Shown: positions 1-10,474 of the stretch, one piece after another | How positions within the stretch are numbered: the stretch's first letter is position 1 | How the letters are laid out: each line of letters starts with the position of its first letter | Virus record (IMG/VR): IMGVR_UViG_3300045988_105383 | Reading direction: 5' to 3' (one strand) | Length of the DNA stretch: 64,000 nt | Origin: a virus | Notes under the pieces: model-generated | The model's input: the letters and a program-made list of their open reading frames with translations, nothing else | Database searches by the model: none | What the model was told of the DNA's origin: nothing | Translations under genes and position numbers: made by a program

Positions 1-1264
1 CGGTGTTGTTTGTCACCTTCTGGATGGCGGTCAGCTCTGTATCGACCTCTTTCAGAACGGAAACCGCCTCGCGGAACATCCCAATCACTTTCGCAACGGA
101 AGCATTGATGACCTGCCACGCAACGATCTTTTTTACAATGTTAGTAAGGCTGTCACCGAGAATATTTGTGGAGTTCTTCAGCTTTTCCGTATCTGCCCTC
201 GTCTGAGCGAATTCAGACTGCAAGCCTTTTAAGCCAGTTTTCGCCTCATCCACGCCGCGGACATAATCCTCATAGCTGACTGTCCCATCTGCCAGCCCAG
301 CATCCAGCGCGCGAAGACTTTCCCGAGCCGAGGAGACGCCATCGGCAATTTCGTCAAATGTCCCTTTCGGATATTTGTCTGCTGCACTTTCAATGGACCG
401 TGCCAAATCGGCATACTGCTTCTGCAGCGTCGGCATATTTTTCTGTGCCGATTCAAAAATCTTGTCCTGCCCATCCAGCCAGCTGTCGTACCAGGCAACT
501 TCCTTCTTCGTGCTCTCTGCGATCTGCTGTTCGGCATCGGCCTGCTGCTTGGCATACTCTGCCCATGCGCGGTCCGTCTCAGAAATAATTCTCTGCTGAT
601 TCTCAAGCTCCGCATTATAGGAGCGCCACATATCGCCTTCTTGGCGCTGCTGCAAGGCAGCCGCAGCCTTTTCCGCCGCGTCCGCTTGTTTGTTGTAAAG
701 CTCGATCTCTTTCTGCGTCTGCGCTGCGACCTTCTGCTCCGCCTTTTCCTGCTTGGCCGCATAATCGTCAAGCCCCTTGGAAACCTCGCCAAGCACCTTC
801 GCCTGCTGTTCCAGCTCGGCGTTGTGCTGCGCCCACATATCGTCTTCCTGCTGCTGGCGCAGTTTTTCTGCCTGCTCGGCAGCTTTCTGAGCTGCCTGAG
901 CCATCTTGTCATAGTTGGCCGTGGTCTTAGTCTGCACAGTTGTGTAAGACTGCGTTTCCTCATCCAGTGTCCGGATGATCTCGGTCGTCCGGCCAAGTCC
1001 GTTGTTCACGATCTCAATGGTCCTTGCCGGCGCGCCATCCGCCACGCCATCCCATATTTTAGTAAATTTTCCGTTCAGGCCACCGACATTCTGTTCCATC
1101 GTCTTGATCGACGCATTAAACTTGTTGATGGCCTCCATACCGGAGGACTCCACACTAATTGAGAGTTTCTGGCCTTTGAGCGAGTTGACATCCTTAATCA
1201 GCGTATCAAGCTGATTCCGGACGACCTCAACCTGCAACTGAACTCTGTCGACGTTTCCCGCCAT
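1..1264 (-). CDS. Tail tape measure protein, N-terminal part (3' end lies beyond window edge)
   Basis: Own translation: GGAGGG RBS then ATG at 1264, frame open to position 1; Q/A/E-rich coiled-coil text then ...KEVDTELTAIQKVTNNT like TP901-type TMP cores; track ORFs 229..996(-) and 641..1162(+) are other frames of the same DNA. Confidence 0.6.
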   Translation of the reverse strand, partial: MAGNVDRVQLQVEVVRNQLDTLIKDVNSLKGQKLSISVESSGMEAINKFNASIKTMEQNVGGLNGKFTKIWDGVADGAPARTIEIVNNGLGRTTEIIRTLDEETQSYTTVQTKTTANYDKMAQAAQKAAEQAEKLRQQQEDDMWAQHNAELEQQAKVLGEVSKGLDDYAAKQEKAEQKVAAQTQKEIELYNKQADAAEKAAAALQQRQEGDMWRSYNAELENQQRIISETDRAWAEYAKQQADAEQQIAESTKKEVAWYDSWLDGQDKIFESAQKNMPTLQKQYADLARSIESAADKYPKGTFDEIADGVSSARESLRALDAGLADGTVSYEDYVRGVDEAKTGLKGLQSEFAQTRADTEKLKNSTNILGDSLTNIVKKIVAWQVINASVAKVIGMFREAVSVLKEVDTELTAIQKVTNNT

Positions 1265-1278
1265 CTTGCACCCTCCAA

Positions 1279-1731
1279 TCAGTCTTTTACTGTAAATCCA
1301 GCCCCACGCAGCGCGGAAATCAGCGCTCCCTCGAACCATCCGCTCTGGACGACTTCCTCCTGCGCTTTTTCATGAAACGGACGAGGTTTTTGCCCGTCCC
1401 AAGGGAATTTATATCCTTCGCCGCTTTCCACCACCGGCGCGATAAGCCGTCCTGTTTCATCGTCCCGGCTCATATCCTGCACTTCCAGTGTCATCGTCGC
1501 CGGGTCGTAGGTCGCAACCATCACATCTTTGTTCTGCGACTGCAAGCCGCCATCCACAGGCCCACGGCGCTTGTACATATGTGGCTGATATTCGTCATAG
1601 ACTTCGGTTTCGACCGCATTGGAAAGCGCCACACGAACCATGGCTGCAACATCATTTTCCATTGCCTGACCGACAGCCGCGTTGAGCTTTGCATTGAACT
1701 GCGCCACAATATCCTCAATCGCCATATTCAC
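1279..1731 (-). CDS. Hypothetical tail-module protein (between tail-tube candidate and tape measure)
   Basis: 150-aa ORF, clean protein-like composition, operon position. Confidence 0.5.
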   Translation of the reverse strand: MNMAIEDIVAQFNAKLNAAVGQAMENDVAAMVRVALSNAVETEVYDEYQPHMYKRRGPVDGGLQSQNKDVMVATYDPATMTLEVQDMSRDDETGRLIAPVVESGEGYKFPWDGQKPRPFHEKAQEEVVQSGWFEGALISALRGAGFTVKD

Positions 1732-1823
1732 GCGCCTCCCTCTGAAAAATGCGCCAACCCGCCAATTCCTTGATGGATTCGCGCATTCCCCGGAGAGGCT
1801 TTCGCCCCTCCGGGCATTTTTGC

Positions 1824-2948
1824 TTACGACTGTACCGTCACAGTGCAGGAATCGGTGAAGGTCTTTCCGCCGACTTCATAGTTGACCGTGAGAGAGCCAT
1901 CTCCTGCGGTTGCTCCGCTCGTGAGAAGGCCGCTGTCCGAAACAGTGAGGCCAGTCACGCCGGAAGCAGAATAGGTGCAGAGGCTCGGAGACAGGTCGAC
2001 CAGCTGGCCGTTCTCCATGATGGCCTTCGGCTGCACCTGCATGGTAGAGCTCTTGGCCATGGTGATTACGCCGCCAATCTTTGCGATGATACCCTGATAG
2101 CTGTCTGCGTTGCTTTCGCAGGGGACATAGATGTAGTACGCAAGATCGGAACCACCGCCGTTGCAGTCTTCGCAGTTCTCAGAGATCACGTCAGAGTCAT
2201 AGATGACCGCCTGGCCGGACATGGACGTGGTATCGTTGTTGGTCTGGTCGCCAACCACACCGCCGTTTGCGCCGAACTTCAGCGACGGAATGATGACATA
2301 CAGCGTACCAACTCGCGTGCCCTCGTTCTGCGCAGAGCCAGACTCATTGGCATAAACCGCCATTGCTGCAGTGAAATGAACGACCTTCGGGTCGAGCATG
2401 GAGGTGATGGTGGCGATCTGCGCATCCGCCCGATTCACGAAATACCAGACCTTATAGGTCTTGCCGGTTTCTGCCGTAAAGCCAGAGACAGCGCCCGTTG
2501 CCGGGTCGATGCTGTATGCCTTGCCGCCGGTGGAGATCAGGGAACCAGCGCCCACCTCCTGCACATAGCAGCAGATTCTCGTCATGCCCTGCTGTGCAAC
2601 CGGCGTTCCCTTGGTGACATCCGCAGACAGCGCCGTGCTTTCGGCAGTAACGTTCTGGCAGGTCATGACGGGTGCGGAATACTTCAGCGTCGCACCAACC
2701 TGTGCTGCCTTGCCCCAGAGCGAGAAGTCCGCAGCCGTAAATTCCACGTTGACCGCCGCATCGGACGGGATGATGGCCGCAACTGCATTGCCAAGGCCCG
2801 CGCGGATTTCGCCCATCGTAACGCCGGTGGTCACGTTGCCGGTCTGGAACTTGTTGGAGTAATACATGATGTCGCCCGTTGCTTTATCCGTACAGATGGC
2901 TTCGGACGTACCCTTGAGATAAAGTCTCTTATCAGTGAAATGAATCAT
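1824..2948 (-). CDS. Major tail (tube) protein candidate with C-terminal Ig-like (Big_2-type) domain
   Basis: 374 aa, position just upstream of TMP; C-terminus ...TGLTVSDSGLLTSGATAGDGSLTVNYEVGGKTFTDSCTVTVQS is Ig-like. Confidence 0.45.
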   Translation of the reverse strand: MIHFTDKRLYLKGTSEAICTDKATGDIMYYSNKFQTGNVTTGVTMGEIRAGLGNAVAAIIPSDAAVNVEFTAADFSLWGKAAQVGATLKYSAPVMTCQNVTAESTALSADVTKGTPVAQQGMTRICCYVQEVGAGSLISTGGKAYSIDPATGAVSGFTAETGKTYKVWYFVNRADAQIATITSMLDPKVVHFTAAMAVYANESGSAQNEGTRVGTLYVIIPSLKFGANGGVVGDQTNNDTTSMSGQAVIYDSDVISENCEDCNGGGSDLAYYIYVPCESNADSYQGIIAKIGGVITMAKSSTMQVQPKAIMENGQLVDLSPSLCTYSASGVTGLTVSDSGLLTSGATAGDGSLTVNYEVGGKTFTDSCTVTVQS

Positions 2949-2985
2949 TTACTTTCACTCCTTTGTCGAAATGATTTTGAGTTTC

Positions 2986-3819
2986 TTACGTTGTGCGGCT
3001 TCCCGCATTTTGAACGGCCCGCATACCGGCTCCACCGGCAAAGCTCTCCATTGCAATCACACCGCCGGAGCCGTTGTCTTCTTTGGCGAAAAGCGGACTT
3101 GGGAACGGGTTTCCGCCCTTCCACTTAGCCCCCTGCGCCTCTGCCACGCCGCATAGCAGATAGCCCATCATTCTCCGCAATGCCTCTTTTCGCCGCGTCA
3201 GTTTCAAGATCGGCCAGTCGTACATCTTCGTTTCATCCTCACCGCTTACCAGCGCGATTGATGCCATCATGCTCTCCAGTCGGTAATCCAGTTTCGGGGC
3301 ATTCATCTCCGCAAGGTCCCTCTCCGCCTGCACCAGTTCAGGGTTGGCATTCTCCGAAACCAGTTCAATGCCGTTCTGGGCAGCTATGATCGGTCGAATG
3401 CGCTGAAATTGCACCGGTGTCACCCGCATCACCCGTCCGTTATCCTCAATCTGGACCGAATCAAGAACACGTGGGTCACTCTCTTTATGACAAATTTTTG
3501 CGCACTCCATCCGTTCGCCGAAATCCTTCTCCTCTCCAACTCTCATCGATAGGAGCAGGAACAAAATGCTTTGATAAAGCAGTCCGACGCTCGGTTTTCC
3601 TTGCACCGCAGCCTCGAATTCTAACGTGTAGAACGCCTGCAGCAGCGGTTTCGACATCAAAGCCACAGGGAGGCTCTGCTGCATAAACTCGATTGCTGCC
3701 CGCGTCATGGAAAACGCTTCAAATTCTCGCACGCGGATTGGATATAGGGTCAGGCCCTCCGCCTCGATGGGCTTGTACTGCGAAACAGCCTGAACCATAT
3801 TCAAAGGGAGTCCATTCAT
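2986..3819 (-). CDS. Hypothetical phage structural protein
   Basis: ORF track 2986..3864; start moved to ATG at 3819 preceded by GGAGG. Confidence 0.5.
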   Translation of the reverse strand: MNGLPLNMVQAVSQYKPIEAEGLTLYPIRVREFEAFSMTRAAIEFMQQSLPVALMSKPLLQAFYTLEFEAAVQGKPSVGLLYQSILFLLLSMRVGEEKDFGERMECAKICHKESDPRVLDSVQIEDNGRVMRVTPVQFQRIRPIIAAQNGIELVSENANPELVQAERDLAEMNAPKLDYRLESMMASIALVSGEDETKMYDWPILKLTRRKEALRRMMGYLLCGVAEAQGAKWKGGNPFPSPLFAKEDNGSGGVIAMESFAGGAGMRAVQNAGSRTT

Positions 3820-3929
3820 GTTTTCCTTTTCCTCCCGGTTTGAAGAATAAAAAATGGAGCACAACGGCTTATCGCCGTCATGCTCCTCTCAGCCTTCCTG
3901 CCGCGCTCTTCCGCAGCAGGGATTCTGTA

Positions 3930-4631
3930 TCAAATTGTGTCTTCCTCAGCAGGAATATCCATTTCGCTGTCGCACCATTCGATGCTCATTTTGAGTCTTC
4001 GGCCGACGAGAGTTCCATACGTGAAGATGCTCTCACTTCCGTTGTCCGGATGTGCATACCGGCTGAAATCCACCACGCCGATTCCGGACATGTTCACCCC
4101 GTGCAGTGCCTCGATGATGCACTGCTCGATGTCATAGGCGCGGGAATAAGCGTCCGTCCTCGTCGTGTTCTCCAGATTCACATTCACCAGTATCTCGAAC
4201 GTCAGCCCGAAGATCGTGTGAAAATTGTCTTTTGCGACCGTCCTGCCCAAATAGCACTTGAGCGTGGTCGCCGCCTCGGTCTCGCTCTGTCCCCAGACTC
4301 TCTGTGGATAGATGCGATATCCTTTCGGGTGCTTTTTCCGCAGCTCCTCTCCGTTCAGGACCGGTTCATCGCCGTCAAATAGCATCGAGAGCTTTTCATT
4401 GGGAGTCGGAAGCGCATTGCTCAGCGGCCTTGCTCCATCGTACCAGAGATATTTCGCAAGCCTTACGCGCGCCCTTTTGTTGTCATCCACTGGGAAATAT
4501 CCGTTTGCGTCCGGCAGATCAAGCAGATACATCAACACCTGCTTCGGAATATTCTCAGAACCGCGAAGCCGGTTGAATCCCGACTGGACTCGATCAAATG
4601 GATAGGTGTCGGAGTTGAACGATGCGCTCAT
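3930..4631 (-). CDS. Hypothetical phage structural protein
   Basis: ORF track 3930..4664; ATG at 4631 lies 1 nt after upstream stop (TGAGATG). Confidence 0.5.
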   Translation of the reverse strand: MSASFNSDTYPFDRVQSGFNRLRGSENIPKQVLMYLLDLPDANGYFPVDDNKRARVRLAKYLWYDGARPLSNALPTPNEKLSMLFDGDEPVLNGEELRKKHPKGYRIYPQRVWGQSETEAATTLKCYLGRTVAKDNFHTIFGLTFEILVNVNLENTTRTDAYSRAYDIEQCIIEALHGVNMSGIGVVDFSRYAHPDNGSESIFTYGTLVGRRLKMSIEWCDSEMDIPAEEDTI

Positions 4632-4632
4632 C

Positions 4633-5208
4633 TCAGGCCCCACCGCCGATCTTCTTGGCCGCATAGTCCTGCAGTTCCTTCTGCACGCCTTCCAGTTCCT
4701 GCTTCAGCGCCTGCATTGCCTCCGGTGTTGTCTGCTGGCCGATGGCTGTCATGATGCGCGACACTGGTTCATTCATCACCTGCAGCATTCCATAAATTTC
4801 GGAGTTCAGCCGCTTCTCCAAATCCTTGTAGTCCGCGAGGATGTCAAACGCTTTGTCGCGCACATCCGGACTGCCCTTCTTGAGCCGGTCGATCTGGTTG
4901 AAAACGTGGCTTCCGGCCCACCGGTCATATTCTTCTACGCTCATCAGCCAGGGACTTTCCTTCTCCGCATCGATCTCGGTTTTGCAGTAGAGCCGTGCAA
5001 CCGCGCCCATCAGCATCCGGCTCTTGATGCCGGTGTTCTCCTTGTAGAGCGGCGGAATCGGAAGGCTGTCAGAACCGTTCCTGATTTTGATCTCCATTCG
5101 GTCAAAGCAGCCGTCAGCCGCCTCTTTCACAAATCGCAGTTTTTCCCCTAGCGGGATATAGTCCCTCATTTCCAACAGTTTCTCCGCAGAAATCACAATC
5201 TTCTCCAT
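4633..5208 (-). CDS. Hypothetical phage structural protein
   Basis: 191-aa ORF in structural operon. Confidence 0.5.
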   Translation of the reverse strand: MEKIVISAEKLLEMRDYIPLGEKLRFVKEAADGCFDRMEIKIRNGSDSLPIPPLYKENTGIKSRMLMGAVARLYCKTEIDAEKESPWLMSVEEYDRWAGSHVFNQIDRLKKGSPDVRDKAFDILADYKDLEKRLNSEIYGMLQVMNEPVSRIMTAIGQQTTPEAMQALKQELEGVQKELQDYAAKKIGGGA

Positions 5209-5507
5209 GTTTTACTCTCCTTTCAGATTCCCATGGGCTGAACTACTTTAACTATCCGCGTTCCTGTCCCCGAATTTCGCACTGGATTGCTCCTCCGGAA
5301 ACTTCCCATCTTCGCGTGCGCTTGCACAGGTACTGATGTGCACACCAGTCCCTTTCGCTCTCTTTCTTTTCCAAAATTCTGCAATGCAGGCTCACATCTC
5401 CAGCTTTTCTATATGCATACTTGCAATCCATCTTTTTGCCTTTCCTTCCGGACCGTCTCTACTGATCTTTCAGCAGCCTGTCCAGTCCTTTCTTACAATT
5501 CCTGCTC

Positions 5508-5783
5508 TTATTTTGCCAGATTATCCATGATGGACATAGCATCAAGATAACTGACCTCTCCGTCACCGTTGACATCTGCCCGCTTCAGCGCGTCCTCGTC
5601 TAGCGGTGCGGTCCCTGCCAAATGATCCATGATAGCCGTGGCATCATTCTTATCTACCTGGCCGTCCCCGTTCACGTCCCCAACTGCGAGGGGTCGCTCC
5701 ACATCCAATGCGCTGACCAACTCAGCGGGAATCTCCAGCTTCAGCTTCATACCGTTTTTCAGTTCCACATTTAATTTGTACAT
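5508..5783 (-). CDS. Stand-alone dockerin-repeat protein
   Basis: Two canonical dockerin Ca-binding repeats DVNGDGQVDKNDATAIMDHL and DVNGDGEVSYLDAMSIMDNL. Confidence 0.75.
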   Translation of the reverse strand: MYKLNVELKNGMKLKLEIPAELVSALDVERPLAVGDVNGDGQVDKNDATAIMDHLAGTAPLDEDALKRADVNGDGEVSYLDAMSIMDNLAK

Positions 5784-5802
5784 AATAATCTCCTTTCAAA
5801 AA

Positions 5803-7521
5803 TCATGTTGTTGTAGTTGCGGTCAGCGGCAGCTCTCCCGCCGTGATTGTGATAGGCGCGTTAATTGCACCGCTTAGATAATCCACTATGTTCAGCTTCG
5901 CAGTCTCTACTTTCAATACAGCAGTACCAGCGGAATCTGTGACGATCTCGGAACGGAAAAACACAGTAACCACGTAGTTCCCAGACCCCTGCATAGACGC
6001 AGGCTCCTCAAAACCTACACACTGATATGTTTTGCGATCGTAGATCAGCAAGGCGTTTCCGTAGTCAATTAACCCAAACGTTGTCGTTATGGTTGCCTCT
6101 TCTGTGCAGGCCGCGTCGGTATAAGCCTTGATCTTACCGTTAGCATCCGCCTTGCCGTATATCTTTACCCCCGGCAGAACAGCGATACGGGTCCTAAAAG
6201 CATCCATCGTGCTGGTAGGGATATTACTCCCATCCACTTTGGCCAGCAGCGCCGCCCCCCACGCCGTAGGCTTACCATCGGCATCTACGGCATTGATGAT
6301 GGGAGACTGCCCCGTGCTGGCACCAGTAATGTCAAAGGATGCGTCTCCCTCAGCAGCCGCCCATGCACCGGAAACAACACGCATGAATTTTCCATTGTCG
6401 GAGGTAGTGACATCTGGCAGATTCTCAAACCCAATGTGTTGCTTAAATTCATAACCGCCCGTGTCTCCTGTGCCAAAGATTTGATTGGAACCTGATATGC
6501 CATTGTATTGTATAAAGTTACCAGGAGATACAGTCGTTAATGTGTAAGTTCTTTCGCCCGACGTATCAATATCGACATTCCATCCTATCCCGAATGTACT
6601 TCCATCTTCGCTTATGGTAAAAAAATACAGATGACTAGGATTGTTGGCAATGTTGCAAAGCTGAGTTATAACATGGTTTTCGTCTACTAATGCTATGACT
6701 AGTTTTTTGGACTCTATCGCATTGATAACCTCTTCTGGTGTTCTGTCTGATGTAATAATGGGGTCCCCTGTGAGTTTACGCTTTAGTGTGAAGTATACAA
6801 TAAACGCTTCATTTGGAAGTGTTGTTGCCTCCCATTCTGTGGGTTTCCCCTGCTCATCAATGGTTTTCACCGCTGGAACTTGTCCAACGGTTGTGCCGGT
6901 TAGTCCGAGGGAGAGGTCGGAGGTCGATTTGTCCTCCATGACATACTTGTAACCGTCACCGACCTGTTTTGAAACCGGAATTTTACCTACATTCTCAGCA
7001 GACGGTGTAGGAACATCCACAACACCGATATTATCTCTCGCCTGTTGCTTCTGAGCATCGGTGAGCGACTGAGTCTTGTCATATCGAACTGCTCCCTCTG
7101 CAGAAAACTCAACTCCCGCGGCAGCAACGATCACGAGGATAGCTCCTTGCAGCTCTGTCTGCATCGTCGGAGCGTTCTGTTTGGCAGCAGTGGTCCCATC
7201 GGTGCCGATGATGCCTTTATTCAAAGCGTTCTGCAACTCAACAGGCTCTCCAGCGCCTCCAAAAATATCATCGTTCAGGAATTCCACTCTGGCCTGCGGC
7301 TCCACACTGCCACGCATGGCAAAGGTCTGCGCCTGCGTCACCGGAAACAGCCACTGGCCGTTTTTATAGGTGACATCCCCCGGATACTGCCGTGAGAGAT
7401 TTCCAAGATTCAGGACAACGGTCTTGACCATCGCATCTGTGATAAGCGTACCGTCCTTCATCTTCAGGACAAACGGAATCGCGTGCTGGTCTCCCTGCAT
7501 CAAGTTCTTTGCCATGCTCAT
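5803..7521 (-). CDS. Large hypothetical virion protein (572 aa)
   Basis: Long ORF in structural operon, 4-nt overlap with upstream gene. Confidence 0.5.
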   Translation of the reverse strand: MSMAKNLMQGDQHAIPFVLKMKDGTLITDAMVKTVVLNLGNLSRQYPGDVTYKNGQWLFPVTQAQTFAMRGSVEPQARVEFLNDDIFGGAGEPVELQNALNKGIIGTDGTTAAKQNAPTMQTELQGAILVIVAAAGVEFSAEGAVRYDKTQSLTDAQKQQARDNIGVVDVPTPSAENVGKIPVSKQVGDGYKYVMEDKSTSDLSLGLTGTTVGQVPAVKTIDEQGKPTEWEATTLPNEAFIVYFTLKRKLTGDPIITSDRTPEEVINAIESKKLVIALVDENHVITQLCNIANNPSHLYFFTISEDGSTFGIGWNVDIDTSGERTYTLTTVSPGNFIQYNGISGSNQIFGTGDTGGYEFKQHIGFENLPDVTTSDNGKFMRVVSGAWAAAEGDASFDITGASTGQSPIINAVDADGKPTAWGAALLAKVDGSNIPTSTMDAFRTRIAVLPGVKIYGKADANGKIKAYTDAACTEEATITTTFGLIDYGNALLIYDRKTYQCVGFEEPASMQGSGNYVVTVFFRSEIVTDSAGTAVLKVETAKLNIVDYLSGAINAPITITAGELPLTATTTT

Positions 7522-8843
7522 AGTCCCTCCAGTTCAATTTCTGCCGAAACGGAATAATCGCCGCATACTGCCGAAATGGTCAGCGGCTCATTGGCTCCGC
7601 GCCAGCATGTGATTGTTACACTCTCTCCCGTGATTTCTGCTCGATAGGCCGAAGGCTCTGCGCCGGAAAGCACAAACGATATGCCTGTATCTGTTTCTTC
7701 GCCGGTTTGGAAGAAAGCCGCTGTGATGGTTACACTCTCGAATGCGGCCAGCCTGCGCGGCACGGTGCTTGTAAACCGTACTTCTGCCTCTGTGGCCGGT
7801 TCGACCACCATTTCATATTCCGCGAAAATATCCTCATTCTGTGCAAGAATGCACCGGATTTTACATGTTCCAGTAGCTACTGCCTCTGCGACTCCGTCCG
7901 GACGCATGGATACGACATCTTCATTCTCGCTGCGCCAGATATAGTCGATGGGATGCTCGTCCGTCCCAGTCACATAATCGCCGTTTCTAAGGCTGACCGC
8001 AGTCAGCAGCGTGGTTTGCCCTTCATGAATAGTCGGTCGCCCATCCACACGGATTTCCCAAGAGAACGTCTTTCCGCCGGCAACATGCCGCTCCATATCG
8101 TCGATTTCAAGATTCGGAGGCTCATACCGGGCCGCGAACTCCAAAAGGCGGACCGAATCATAATCACCGGTAAATTCCTGCGTGAAGTCTCCAAAGCCCG
8201 TAATGCGGTACGCACCGGAGCCAAGAATCATGCGGCTGTTCGTGCCGAGATTCTTTGTGGCCTCGTTTCTCTGGCATACCACATTCACATAGCCCTTCGT
8301 GATAAGCGCATATTCCTGCATGTCGCTGTCATTGGACAGCGGTTCTCCTTTTTCGACGCACAGCGGCTCAGATTGCAGTCTTCCATACCAGTCCAACCAG
8401 TTCCAAACCGTTCTGCACCGCTGAACGATCGCGCTCCCAATCGCGTTGGAGATGTTCTGCGGATTTACAACGAGCCAGACGTTGCCCATACATCGGATTT
8501 TCGTCCCAAGCCTCACATAGTCGATGCTCTCGTCTGCAAACAGAATAATTTTATAATCGTCCTGCTTGCGCAAAGACGCAGGAGAGACCGCCGAGATATC
8601 TGCCATACGGATTTGAACCGTCTCCCATGCGTCCGGCTCATTTGGATTCAGCCCCTGCACCTCAGCATCGAAATAATCAGTCGCATATTTCGCGTACTTG
8701 TGCATAAACTCCGCAGCCGCTTCCCCCATATACTGGTGCCTGCGGCTGTTATACTCGGTTGGAGAGTTTTTCACTGATTGCTGCAAGCGGCCTCCTATCG
8801 CAAGGCCGTTGGTCACGTTATTCTTGATGTCGATTGGGACCAC
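7518..8843 (-). CDS. Hypothetical virion protein with Ig-like (Big_2-type) segment
   Basis: 441 aa; segment ...VVSMRPDGVAEAVATGTCKIRCILAQNEDIFAEYEMVVEP resembles Big_2. Confidence 0.5.
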   Translation of the reverse strand: MVPIDIKNNVTNGLAIGGRLQQSVKNSPTEYNSRRHQYMGEAAAEFMHKYAKYATDYFDAEVQGLNPNEPDAWETVQIRMADISAVSPASLRKQDDYKIILFADESIDYVRLGTKIRCMGNVWLVVNPQNISNAIGSAIVQRCRTVWNWLDWYGRLQSEPLCVEKGEPLSNDSDMQEYALITKGYVNVVCQRNEATKNLGTNSRMILGSGAYRITGFGDFTQEFTGDYDSVRLLEFAARYEPPNLEIDDMERHVAGGKTFSWEIRVDGRPTIHEGQTTLLTAVSLRNGDYVTGTDEHPIDYIWRSENEDVVSMRPDGVAEAVATGTCKIRCILAQNEDIFAEYEMVVEPATEAEVRFTSTVPRRLAAFESVTITAAFFQTGEETDTGISFVLSGAEPSAYRAEITGESVTITCWRGANEPLTISAVCGDYSVSAEIELEGL

Positions 8844-8875
8844 AGCCTTTCATCTTCGAGTTTTCAGAGTTCCTG

Positions 8876-9568
8876 TCACTTATACATAGCGTAGACGTAG
8901 TACTCCTTGTTTGGATCAAATGTAAGTGTATACGATTGGTTCAAATCCATTGCCATAGCATAAAGGTATATCTTTCCATTTGATCGAATTTCGCTGTGAT
9001 ATGCGGTCGTAGCTCCTCCTCCAGTCGATCCCTGAACTATTGCTGTTCCGGAGTAGGTTGTTAGAGAAGAACTATTGTCCTGAATTGAATAACCCGTATA
9101 CGCCTGCATGCTTTGGATATAAGTCGTGCTCGTGCTTGCACTAAATATCAGAACCGAAAATCCAATAATTTCTGTCGCCGTGCTTGGGATTCCCTTCAGT
9201 TCGAGACAAATTTTCCCGTTGACTGTCGTTGGCATCGCCGTAGTGATGATCGTGCTATTTTCTGGTTCAAGCGTACCTGTCACGCCGAAAATCGAAACGC
9301 CCTTCTTGATGTTTCCGGCCACGAGGTTTGAATCCTTATTGATCGTAGCGCGCCGAAGTCCTACATAAGACCCCGTTGGACTCACGGTATAAGGCAGCGA
9401 AGCAGGCGTAATGGTGCGGTCTTGCAGAAGGACCTGATTGACCGTCACCTTGCTCAGTCCGTTATACCCGGAATCCGGCGACACGCTGACGGCCCCGGAG
9501 GCCGATGCTGTGACCGTCTTTTCCTGAAGCGTCACAACGCCGCCGCGGCGGCTGAACTCACAAGCCAT
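8876..9568 (-). CDS. Hypothetical phage structural protein
   Basis: 230-aa ORF in operon. Confidence 0.45.
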   Translation of the reverse strand: MACEFSRRGGVVTLQEKTVTASASGAVSVSPDSGYNGLSKVTVNQVLLQDRTITPASLPYTVSPTGSYVGLRRATINKDSNLVAGNIKKGVSIFGVTGTLEPENSTIITTAMPTTVNGKICLELKGIPSTATEIIGFSVLIFSASTSTTYIQSMQAYTGYSIQDNSSSLTTYSGTAIVQGSTGGGATTAYHSEIRSNGKIYLYAMAMDLNQSYTLTFDPNKEYYVYAMYK

Positions 9569-9581
9569 GTACAGTCCCCCC

Positions 9582-10304
9582 TCAAATCATCTGCCAGATG
9601 CGCCTCGTCGGATTCACCATCCGCATATAGGCGCAGTCCTGTTCGTATTTTCTCAGCTCCGCAAAAAAGAGCTGCGCATTCTCTTTGTATCGCGCCGTCG
9701 ACTCCTTCATCGTCGTGTTCTCATTCGGCGTGTCGAAGCTCTTGTCGTGCGGCTTCGGCTGGATGTTCAGCCAGTTTCGATTGAACCGATTGTCCCACGT
9801 CACAGCCACAGCCAGACCGAGGAGCCGCTTCTGTGTCGCAGTCAACTCATGTGCAAAGGTCCCATCCGTATAAAAGTCGAGCCTATATTCTGTTCCTGCG
9901 TTGTCCTGCTGCGGGAAGGTCACATTCCCGGTATCCGGGTCATAGGTAAAATCGGTATACGGGATGAAGGTCACGTCCCCGTTCCGTGCCGTCAGCGCAA
10001 TTACACAGGAGCAAAGCTCATATCCGGTCTTCCCGGTTTCCACCACGGTCTGCCCTGTCGTGCTCTCCTGCGTGCTGAGCCACTCCGCATCGTCATAAAC
10101 AGGCTCCGTCAGTCCCTCCGAAAGATAGGTCAGCAGCTCCGGAGGCCGGTTCAGCATCGGCATCGCAGTCTTCATCCAAAGGCTCATCCGCCGAAAGAAA
10201 AGGGCAGCGTTGATCGCAAGGTCATCGGTCATTCGCTCGTCATCAATTACGACCATTGCATACCCAGTGATGATCTCGCTCCAAGCCGTTCCGCTCACGT
10301 CCAT
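9582..10304 (-). CDS. Hypothetical phage structural protein
   Basis: 240-aa ORF in operon. Confidence 0.45.
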   Translation of the reverse strand: MDVSGTAWSEIITGYAMVVIDDERMTDDLAINAALFFRRMSLWMKTAMPMLNRPPELLTYLSEGLTEPVYDDAEWLSTQESTTGQTVVETGKTGYELCSCVIALTARNGDVTFIPYTDFTYDPDTGNVTFPQQDNAGTEYRLDFYTDGTFAHELTATQKRLLGLAVAVTWDNRFNRNWLNIQPKPHDKSFDTPNENTTMKESTARYKENAQLFFAELRKYEQDCAYMRMVNPTRRIWQMI

Positions 10305-10474
10305 CCCTCCTCTTCTTCGCCTCGCCGCATGATGCGGCGATACGCCTCTCTCAACTCATAGGCGGCGGTCTCATCCTCGATCAGTTCCAAAAGACTCTCC
10401 ACGACACCGCAAAGCGCCTCAATCTTTTTCCGATCTTCCACAAAACCGCCGCCTTCCTGATTCAAATTGATAAT

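Noticed and set aside
229-1162. Track ORFs 229..996(-), 641..1162(+) and neighbours as separate genes
   Set aside because: Their products are Arg/Ser/Leu-rich nonsense. A third frame on the minus strand is open from ATG 1264 to the window edge and reads as a typical tape measure protein. These ORFs are alternative frames of that gene.
1749-3128. 459-aa plus-strand ORF
   Set aside because: It is antisense to the tail-tube candidate. It has Arg/Gly/Asp-rich composition typical of a GC-rich antisense frame and no RBS.
7707-8777. 356-aa plus-strand ORF
   Set aside because: It is antisense to the 441-aa structural gene, with an implausible composition.
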